A stretch of DNA of 63,814 bases, filler included. It is 5 parts of 5 records of this genome, joined end to end, with 100 filler letters (N's around TTAATTAATTAA, not from the genome) between each part and the next. Parts side by side here need not be neighbours in the genome. Positions count along the whole stretch, not along the records: positions 1 to 13,950 come from SRR20825019_577; positions 14,051 to 20,416 come from SRR20825019_579; 3 more parts are not named here. The stretch is one strand, 5' to 3'. Shown one piece after another: positions 9,359 through 17,047 of the stretch. Below the pieces are notes generated by a model. The model ran no database searches. It was not told where the DNA came from and saw only the letters and a list, made by a program, of their open reading frames with translations. How positions within the stretch are numbered: position 1 is the stretch's first letter; each line of letters starts with the position of its first letter. The position numbers and the translations under genes were made by a program.

Positions 9359-10705
9359 TTAGACGCGTAGGACGATGTTGTTGTATGCCTCGGCGGTAAG
9401 GACGCTGTGCTCCTCCATAAAATGCCACACCTGGTCATGGAAGAACTGGGTAACAACGGCAGGGGCACCGCTACCCGCGATGTAGGCCAGCAGCCACACC
9501 CACCGTCCGAGACCACCGTAAACCAGCTCATGAAGGACATCAGCCTCCGATGGTCCCTTGGTCTCGGGACCCACGGTGGCGGTGAAGTCCCGCACGTAAG
9601 TGGCGACCATCTCCTTGAAGTAAGTACCGCGGGATGCGGGGGAGGTGTGAGAGATGAGGAACTGGCCAAGCTCCTGGGGGCCGGATCCAACACCGACCAC
9701 CTCCCAATCGAGGAGGACTAGGTCCCACTTATCCTCCCCGAGGCTTACTACCATCAGGTTAGCTGGGTGGAAGTCGCCGTGGACAATAGTGTACCCACAG
9801 GGGCCCTTGTGCATGTGGTCGGTGAACTGCTGGAAGCTAGCATTGCCCAACGCCAGCTCCATCATGTCGGCGAGCTGGGGGGCCACCTTGACGTCGTTCT
9901 TACCCTCGTTGGCGGCGAGGAACTTCTTCCATGCGTTGGCAGCAAGATCGGCATAGATCTGGTAGGACGCCTGGTTCTCGCCCTTCAGTACCCAGTCGGA
10001 GGCCCGTAGCCATGGACGATCACCGTTGACATCAGCCTCGGGGTCCTTGAGGTCGGAGAGACGGCTGGGGCTGATCCGCCAGAAGTTACCATGTAGGTTG
10101 GCAGCCTCGGATGCGGCACGGATAGAGACATCACGCTCGGTAACAGCGGGGAAGCCGGCGGTGATGGCGGCCAGATCCTTACCCCAGTTGTGTACGGAGG
10201 TGCCTCCGAAGAAGTATCCTGCCTGCACACCGTTGTACCTAGACTCGAAGGGGATGGGGGTCCCATCGGGGAGGGTAAGCTTGGTGGATGTGGCGAGGGT
10301 GAGATCACCCATAACCACTACCTTGTTGCCAACGGCATCATCGTTCTGAGCTCCGATGAAGAAGGGGAACATCGTGTCGTGGGGGGTATCGGGGCAGATG
10401 AGCTTCTGGAGGGCCATATCCCTAGCAAAGCGTGCCTCACGGTTAAGTCCCACCTGCTTGGTGGTGGCACGAGATGAATCGCTATCCCTGGTGGCCTTCA
10501 CTACTAGGGGGATGTCGCTGATGGGAGTACCGTCGACGGTAACCTTGGCCACACCCTTTAACATCATCATGCTCATACCGCCGGCGGTGGCGGTCACATC
10601 CTTCAACTCCATTGCAGCTACAACTACCTGGGCCCCGTCGGCAGCATGCTTGGTGATGAACTGCTTGACTAAGTTACCTGCCGTCTCGGTGATTTGATCA
10701 GCCAT
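9359..10705 (-). CDS. APH/choline kinase/ecdysteroid-kinase-like phosphotransferase
   Basis: VVK lysine, NREARF, Brenner motif TIVHGDFHPANLM and LLDWE. Start at MADQ (10705), after a long pyrimidine tract plus AG. Confidence 0.85.
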   Translation of the reverse strand: MADQITETAGNLVKQFITKHAADGAQVVVAAMELKDVTATAGGMSMMMLKGVAKVTVDGTPISDIPLVVKATRDSDSSRATTKQVGLNREARFARDMALQKLICPDTPHDTMFPFFIGAQNDDAVGNKVVVMGDLTLATSTKLTLPDGTPIPFESRYNGVQAGYFFGGTSVHNWGKDLAAITAGFPAVTERDVSIRAASEAANLHGNFWRISPSRLSDLKDPEADVNGDRPWLRASDWVLKGENQASYQIYADLAANAWKKFLAANEGKNDVKVAPQLADMMELALGNASFQQFTDHMHKGPCGYTIVHGDFHPANLMVVSLGEDKWDLVLLDWEVVGVGSGPQELGQFLISHTSPASRGTYFKEMVATYVRDFTATVGPETKGPSEADVLHELVYGGLGRWVWLLAYIAGSGAPAVVTQFFHDQVWHFMEEHSVLTAEAYNNIVLRV

Positions 10706-10835
10706 GGATATATAGGATCTTTTAAGGAAGGGGGAGGGAGAAGGGAACAATAGTGAAATGGGAACAATACATAATAATATTTCATTAAAATAATAGATAC
10801 GCAATGTTAGCTCCCAATGGTAGGTAGACCGCTAG

Positions 10836-13049
10836 CTAGCAGTCGATACCGGGCACGATACGAAGAGCCACTCCCTCCCCGTCATCATCCCCGACCGATG
10901 CGATACCACGCCCACCCTGAACAAAGGCAATGCCCTTGATGGTGTTGTCCTCTCCAGTGGCTGTGAACTTGGGGTGCAGGTTGGACCACTGGGCAACGAC
11001 TGTGAGACCAAGCTGCTCGTCAGATCCAGCTCTGGGAGGGGCGGATGCCAACAGGGTGACGCGGCGGTCGTGGATGTTGGTCAGCCCAACCACCAGTCGG
11101 AACGTAGAGTGGCTCACATTGCCAGACTCCTTGGGGCTGTACACCACAATTGCAGCCGACACAGAGGATACCCCGTAGGAGGGGTCGCCCTTCATACCGG
11201 CCATAGCTGGCACTTGGATGTGGGCAATGGGTATCTTGGGGTTGACGGTGGTCTGTGCAATCGATGTGATGGTCGACTCATGGGTACCAAGTCCGAAGTA
11301 ATGACGGTATGGGTTGCGGTCACCCTTCTTGAAGGAGGAAAGGCCTATGGCATCCACGTCGTACACACATACGTTACCACCTTCATCAGCTGTAACGACG
11401 AAGGATGGGATGTGGATCGAGCCACTATCCTTGGCTCTCTCAATGGGCAAGTGGGGCTGCACCATAGCCATCCCAACCACAACGGATCTCCCTCCGTCGA
11501 CCCTCTTCAGAACCATGGGGGAGTGCCCCCCGCCCAGATCAGCCCCCAGTGACTGCAGGGAGCATAGCTTGTCGGTACTGAACCAAGGATGCCTAGAGGC
11601 GCTAGTGGAGGATGGGAAGCGGTTCACTAACAGCTGGGATATACGAGGCTCCAGAAGGAAGTCCCCTGCGTAGAGTAGGAAGGGGTCGGATGCCACAATG
11701 CACGTACCACTGCCCACACTGAACTTCTGCACCTGGCCATAGTTGGCGGTGGGGGCATCGCGGTGAACGGCCGACACTGCGCCATCTGCCTTAGATACAA
11801 ATACCAGTATACTACCCATGGTGCGGTCGGAGATGGCCAGGGACGACTTAACGCCCTGTCGGAGGGACTCGCCACACTGGGGGGCTACGGGGTGCTCAAG
11901 GTGAGAGGCAAAAGAGCTAAAGAGGGATAGGCCATCGCATTTCCATACAGGCACGTTTCCGGGGCGGTGGTACTTCCACAACACCTGGGCATGCACCTGG
12001 GCAAACTTTGACTTGCCAGTACCCGTCTCACGGTACAGCCTCATAATAACGTAAGTGTCGGTGGTGGACTCGCCAACGACGACGTATTCATTAGAGTCGT
12101 CTAGAATGTCGGCGGCACCCTCAGCGGCCGATACGGCATGGGAGGCAGCGGTGGGGTTGATGAAGGAGGAGGCACCCAGGGGGGAGCTGTGCTGGAAGGC
12201 TGCGATGGACACATCTACAGGGGATACCCCGGTGTTGGGGTCGGCAGCGATATTGAGGGCGGTGCCGAGGACTTTTCCTAGGGGAAGGAAGTAGTCGACG
12301 GCCTGGGACAACTCGCTACCCTTCTCCATGAAGGCGGCCGTCTTGCCTTGTGGGTACACCCTTGCATCTTTCGATTGGCGACAGGATATGAGCAAATACT
12401 GCTGGCCGGGGCTGACAGCGAATGCACCAATGTGTACAGGGAATCGTGCCCCCTTTGAGGACCCCTTGTAGCTTTTCTTTAAGGGTGCCTTGGTGTTGAG
12501 GAGGGTAGAGATGGGTGGGCCCATCAGGTTGGAGGTGGCATTGGGGGCGGTGGTGGAGGCCTTGTCAACTAGTGCACGGAGCTCAATCTCCTCCTTGGAT
12601 ACTGCCGGTGAGGGGGCGGGGGCGGTGGCGGGAGTAGTAGGAGTGGACACAGTGGGGGTAGTATCAGCAGCTGCGTCATTAGATGATGACTTGCCCGCTG
12701 TTGGCTGCTTCTTGGCCTTCTTACCCTTCTTCATCTCCGCCAGCTGCTTATCAACTTCGGAGGAGGAGCTAAATATGCGAATGGCGTCGAATAATAGTTT
12801 GCCCACGATGATGGCGATGAGCCCCAATATACCATAGATTGCCCAGTCTAGGGTCTCCTCTCCATATGCCTCCTTTAGGCGGTCGACGAGGTCGGCAATG
12901 GTCTCGATGGGCTTCTGGTTCGGTATGTCGGATAGGGTGGCCTTGTCGTTGCGCAGCAGCACCCTCTCAACGAAGAGAGTGGCGGTATCACGCAGCAGGC
13001 GGCCGAGGTTGGTTGCGATGGTGAGGGCCTTGTCAGGAACGGCGTCCAT
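10836..13049 (-). CDS. Single-TM protein with a divergent beta-propeller (TBL2-like architecture)
   Basis: TM segment WAIYGILGLIAIIVGKLLF, a Lys-rich linker, then beta-rich WD-like blades (VVTADEGGNVCVYD; IKGIAFVQGGRGIASVGDD). Confidence 0.55.
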   Translation of the reverse strand: MDAVPDKALTIATNLGRLLRDTATLFVERVLLRNDKATLSDIPNQKPIETIADLVDRLKEAYGEETLDWAIYGILGLIAIIVGKLLFDAIRIFSSSSEVDKQLAEMKKGKKAKKQPTAGKSSSNDAAADTTPTVSTPTTPATAPAPSPAVSKEEIELRALVDKASTTAPNATSNLMGPPISTLLNTKAPLKKSYKGSSKGARFPVHIGAFAVSPGQQYLLISCRQSKDARVYPQGKTAAFMEKGSELSQAVDYFLPLGKVLGTALNIAADPNTGVSPVDVSIAAFQHSSPLGASSFINPTAASHAVSAAEGAADILDDSNEYVVVGESTTDTYVIMRLYRETGTGKSKFAQVHAQVLWKYHRPGNVPVWKCDGLSLFSSFASHLEHPVAPQCGESLRQGVKSSLAISDRTMGSILVFVSKADGAVSAVHRDAPTANYGQVQKFSVGSGTCIVASDPFLLYAGDFLLEPRISQLLVNRFPSSTSASRHPWFSTDKLCSLQSLGADLGGGHSPMVLKRVDGGRSVVVGMAMVQPHLPIERAKDSGSIHIPSFVVTADEGGNVCVYDVDAIGLSSFKKGDRNPYRHYFGLGTHESTITSIAQTTVNPKIPIAHIQVPAMAGMKGDPSYGVSSVSAAIVVYSPKESGNVSHSTFRLVVGLTNIHDRRVTLLASAPPRAGSDEQLGLTVVAQWSNLHPKFTATGEDNTIKGIAFVQGGRGIASVGDDDGEGVALRIVPGIDC

Positions 13050-13194
13050 GATATGGTGTTGTGAAGACTAAAATGGGGATACAAGACGTTATACCTGGTT
13101 AACAACATTATAACTTTCAACTCAAAATAAAATAAAATAACACTTAAAAACAAAAAATCTAAATTGTACTCTACACTTTAATCGAAACTGGACT

Positions 13195-13950
13195 TCATAC
13201 AACACGAGGAAAAGCGATTTGGAGAGTTCCCCCAAAACTACCTGTAACAAGGGAGGGGGTCGCAGAACCGTCGCCAACAGCAACGAAGCATCGAAGGACG
13301 TCCCCGTGGGTGGTAGTGCAGACAACCGACGGGGTGGTGTACACAACGGAGCGTTTCATAGTGGTGGCCATCAGCATGGCCTCATCCTCAGGGGTAGCCA
13401 CTACACATGCTGCCAACCGCCTTCCGATTTCTGAGGGCAGTGGTGCATCTTGGTTGTCAAACCGTTGGATGACATCATCCAGATCTACCTGACAGATGGA
13501 TCCCGAGTCGTACGATACAAGGCAGTGGGAGCCTGCGATGACTACATCAGATATCCAGGGGGTGGACTCATCGGATGGTGGGTTGGGACATGCCATCTCG
13601 CACATGAGGTGGTGTTTACTAGGCACGGTCACATCCCACACAAATCCGGGCCCGTTCCAGCAACCAACCAATAGGAGGAGTCGGGTGGGGGTTGAGTACA
13701 TTGCAACCTGCCGCAGGGGATTACCAAATGCAACGTCCGACACAGTTGAAATCACCGCCGCTTGCCGAACAGAGATGAGTGAAACTGCTTGACGTTGGGC
13801 TGCTGCAATAATAGTGTCACATGCCCGGTGGATGGCCTGCATTGTCTTGACTGCTCCTTGTAGTGCGACCACATACTTTTGGCCGAATGATCCCCAATTC
13901 GGAATCACGGCCACGTTGCGGATGGTGTAGAAGGAGCCGTCTACACACCA
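13195..13950 (-). CDS. Beta-propeller-like protein, 5'-truncated by the contig edge
   Basis: WD-like blades (LLVGCWNGPGFVWD; LVTGSFGGTLQI); the frame appears to continue to the contig end. Confidence 0.5.
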   Translation of the reverse strand, partial: WCVDGSFYTIRNVAVIPNWGSFGQKYVVALQGAVKTMQAIHRACDTIIAAAQRQAVSLISVRQAAVISTVSDVAFGNPLRQVAMYSTPTRLLLLVGCWNGPGFVWDVTVPSKHHLMCEMACPNPPSDESTPWISDVVIAGSHCLVSYDSGSICQVDLDDVIQRFDNQDAPLPSEIGRRLAACVVATPEDEAMLMATTMKRSVVYTTPSVVCTTTHGDVLRCFVAVGDGSATPSLVTGSFGGTLQIAFPRVV

Positions 13951-14050
13951 NNNNNNNNNNNNNNNNNNNNNNNNNNNNNNNNNNNNNNNNNNNNTTAATT
14001 AATTAANNNNNNNNNNNNNNNNNNNNNNNNNNNNNNNNNNNNNNNNNNNN
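13951..14050. other. Artificial contig linker
   Basis: N44-TTAATTAATTAA-N44, with stops in all six frames; base composition changes abruptly across it. Confidence 0.98.
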
Positions 14051-14090
14051 TGTAGCCCTATTTTTTTTAGCCCGTGTTATACGCTTTTCA

Positions 14091-14231
14091 TTAAAGAGCA
14101 TGAACATTTCTTTTTCTCCTTACCGATATTGATAATTCGGTAAACGCACGTTTAAAATAATCCCCTTTTTTCTTTTTGATCGCTTTGCTCTTTACCACCA
14201 CAGGAACGAGGATGGTAATGTGCAAAAAGCG
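14091..14231. repeat. Left sub-terminal inverted-repeat blocks with hairpins
   Basis: 14091-14112 is the reverse complement of 20299-20320 (21/22); 14153-14176 is the reverse complement of 20263-20286 (24/24). Local hairpins at 14120-14143 (TTACCGA/TCGGTAA) and 14181-14231. Confidence 0.85.
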
Positions 14232-14237
14232 ACAGGT

Positions 14238-15812
14238 TCATTTTCTCATCCTCTTTCTCGTGAGTTTAACTCTGATTCCAGTTAGCTTTTCCAAATCTTC
14301 ATTGTTGATCCCCAAAGTTGGATTTAAGATATTAAGATCATTTGTAGAAAGTACCTCCTCAATATTTTTTTTGTTCTCGAATATTTCTGTAAATGTTTCA
14401 AATTGAGTTTGACTTATTTTAGAATAAGGAATTGGCAATCCTTTAAACTCACTAGGAACTAATTCTAAAACACCTCCACCATAATATCTTCCGTCAATTT
14501 CAGCGAGCAATAGAGTAAGGGTGTTATAAAAAGAATAGATAAAGCTGTTTATGTCGTAACCATTTCTCATACCAACCTTATATGCAGAATCAGTTACTAA
14601 AGCATTCGAATCATTCTTCAATAACTTTGGATATAAATGACTTCTTTTAAAGAAGAACGCTTCTGGTCTTTCAGCAATATTTGGAATGACGTACCAATTA
14701 TTTCTGATTTTACATTTGTACCTATTTGGAATACCTTCTTTTACACCAAGTTCAAGATATTCGTTTAGTTTTTTGGAAATTTTATCGGTATCGTTAAGCT
14801 GTAACAACTTTGTAGGTCGATTATTGTTTTTTAGGATTTCAATGTCTACCTCTGAAAAAACCACACTACCGTTAACGAACAAGCCTTTTTGAATTATTGG
14901 TTTAGTATATTTTGATAGATTAAATTGTTTTTCAGTTTCATTATCTATAATGAAAAACTTATTGGCGGCAGTAACAATTCCAGGCTTAGAGTCTGAGTAA
15001 TAATTAACATTTTTGAGCTTACTTTTTAAGTTATCTATAAAAGTTAATTCATCTGAAGTTAAGAAGTGATGTGTCCATTTTACTTTTGAAGAAACGAGTA
15101 AGTCATTATTTCTTAAAACAAAATTATTCTCTTCTAGTGTTTTCTTAGAATCTATATTAGCAAAAAACTCGCCTTTATTTTCAGATTTTCGGTACGCGAA
15201 TAGGACAATTGTATCTTGCCCTTTACATTCAAACATAAGATCATTGAAAGTGAAAATTTCTATTCTTTCAAATTGATTTTTTAAATATTCTCGAACTTCC
15301 TCAGCAAACTTTACTTGTAATAATTCAGAGGGAAGTACGAATGCTAGAACACCATTATCTATTAATAATGTATTCGCCTTAATAAGAAATGTTGTCCAAA
15401 TATTTTTAACCGAAGCATCCGTTAACCCCGCATCATTATGAATTTCTCGAATTAGTCCAATTTGTTTTTTGGTAAGTCTGTTTTTCTTGACATACGGTGG
15501 GTTTCCGACAATAGCCGAGTACTTTTTAGTGTCTGAAAATTCTAAAAAGTCGATCCCGATAAATGAAGAGTTCTTTTTATTCCATTTTTTAGAAGCTTTA
15601 TCTAACTCATCTTGATTAATATCCAGTGCGGTTAAGTTAATGGAAACGGAATCGTCTTTCTTCAGTTCTTCTATGAATGATCCATCACCTACACTTGGTT
15701 CTAAAATGGACATACGGGTTCTTCCTTCAAAGTGAGAGAGTACTCTCTTTGAAATGAATTCTGCCAAATATGATGGCGTGTAATAAGAACCAGTATTTTT
15801 TTTATTTGTCAT
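14238..15812 (-). CDS. N6-adenine DNA methyltransferase, gamma class (Eco57I/TaqI-like) with a C-terminal TRD
   Basis: Motif X TGSYYTP, motif I ILEPSVGDGSF, motif IV GNPPY and LAFVLP, followed by a C-terminal target-recognition region. No PD-(D/E)xK domain is apparent. Confidence 0.93.
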   Translation of the reverse strand: MTNKKNTGSYYTPSYLAEFISKRVLSHFEGRTRMSILEPSVGDGSFIEELKKDDSVSINLTALDINQDELDKASKKWNKKNSSFIGIDFLEFSDTKKYSAIVGNPPYVKKNRLTKKQIGLIREIHNDAGLTDASVKNIWTTFLIKANTLLIDNGVLAFVLPSELLQVKFAEEVREYLKNQFERIEIFTFNDLMFECKGQDTIVLFAYRKSENKGEFFANIDSKKTLEENNFVLRNNDLLVSSKVKWTHHFLTSDELTFIDNLKSKLKNVNYYSDSKPGIVTAANKFFIIDNETEKQFNLSKYTKPIIQKGLFVNGSVVFSEVDIEILKNNNRPTKLLQLNDTDKISKKLNEYLELGVKEGIPNRYKCKIRNNWYVIPNIAERPEAFFFKRSHLYPKLLKNDSNALVTDSAYKVGMRNGYDINSFIYSFYNTLTLLLAEIDGRYYGGGVLELVPSEFKGLPIPYSKISQTQFETFTEIFENKKNIEEVLSTNDLNILNPTLGINNEDLEKLTGIRVKLTRKRMRK

Positions 15813-16393
15813 TAATGTTTAAATAGCTTTTGGATATAGTCATCATAGGTATTGTACAACAAAATTAACCTGTCTTTCAAATTATTATCATCTGGCATTT
15901 TAACAACCAGTTCGCGAAGTTCTTTAATTAATTTATGAAGTTGTTCAATATTCCAAATTATTTCATGTTGCGGTTTGTATAATTTCATTGCGTTATACAT
16001 CCAGTCACCTAATTCCGTTTTTGGTTTTATTCTACCAGAGTTCAATCGCTCAAATTGGTTGACATACTCTTCCTCGCAAGGGTCAATAAATCCTTTGTTA
16101 CCATAGTTATGAGTTTTCTCATTACCTGTTGGCCATTTTGCGCGTTTAGCATTATTGCAAGATCTACAAGAATAAACGAGGTTCGAATAATCAGTGTCGG
16201 TAATACTAACTAAATGTTTTCTTGGTACAAAATGATCAATCTCAAACCAAATGAACCTCAAATTATCAATATCATTACAATAACCACATCTGTTCTTGAA
16301 ATCTAATTTTAAATTGTCTCTATGTTCACTATGAGAACTAACCGTAATCGTAATGTCTCTTCGTTTGGGAGTATGTTCTCTAAAAATGCTCAT
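15812..16393 (-). CDS. HNH endonuclease (Zn-binding)
   Basis: CGYC...FEIDHFVP...YSNLVYSCRSCNNAK; its stop overlaps the MTase start (TAATG). Confidence 0.92.
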   Translation of the reverse strand: MSIFREHTPKRRDITITVSSHSEHRDNLKLDFKNRCGYCNDIDNLRFIWFEIDHFVPRKHLVSITDTDYSNLVYSCRSCNNAKRAKWPTGNEKTHNYGNKGFIDPCEEEYVNQFERLNSGRIKPKTELGDWMYNAMKLYKPQHEIIWNIEQLHKLIKELRELVVKMPDDNNLKDRLILLYNTYDDYIQKLFKH

Positions 16394-16396
16394 TAT

Positions 16397-17047
16397 TTAT
16401 TTCTTGTTTCCTTTTTTTAGCTCATCTAAAATTTCTTTTGTTTGCAACACAAATTCATTCAACTGAGATATTGACTCTGGTTTAATTAAGTTTGCTCTGA
16501 TTTCTTTTCCTTCGGGCTCTAATTCGTCCATTAAAATGAAAAGCTTTGTCAATTGTTCTTCCTCTTCAGGCTCAAGATTGGATTCGTTCTTTTTCTTGAC
16601 TAATTCTTCAATTCGTTTTTCTGTAGTTGAAATTTTTCTGTAATAGCCTTCTATATCACTTCTAATTTTAGCTTTGAGAATTTCTAAGGCTTCTTCACTT
16701 TCTCCGTCCAAATCACCTTTACCATTAATTATATGAACATCATCCATATGATTTATGGCTTGGGGCTCATATGATGTAAGCATGGTTATTGGGAAATGCG
16801 GTCTTATGTTTTGAATCGCTGCAACGATTTTGTTGCCATTAAAATTAACATCTCCTTCTTCATCTAATAAGTAGTCTGTAACAATCCCATCGGGATTACT
16901 TTCAAATGCTTTTTGCAAAATACTTTCGACCGTAGATTCTGAACTTACCTTAATTCTCGTTATATCAAAATCATTTTTAAATGTCTGATAAAACGTATTC
17001 AGCCAAGCATCGCTTTCGTCAATATATACAATTCGGTATTTCATCAT
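16397..17047 (-). CDS. Response-regulator receiver domain with a C-terminal helical/coiled-coil extension
   Basis: IVYIDES acidic pocket, phosphoacceptor in GIVTDYLL, ITMLTS and a conserved Lys (INGK). No HTH output domain. The start overlaps the kinase stop. Confidence 0.85.
   Translation of the reverse strand: MMKYRIVYIDESDAWLNTFYQTFKNDFDITRIKVSSESTVESILQKAFESNPDGIVTDYLLDEEGDVNFNGNKIVAAIQNIRPHFPITMLTSYEPQAINHMDDVHIINGKGDLDGESEEALEILKAKIRSDIEGYYRKISTTEKRIEELVKKKNESNLEPEEEEQLTKLFILMDELEPEGKEIRANLIKPESISQLNEFVLQTKEILDELKKGNKK

Noticed and set aside
13995-14006. TTAATTAATTAA repeated four times in the window
   Set aside because: Always centred in N-runs of identical length; it is a six-frame-stop assembly spacer, not a biological repeat.
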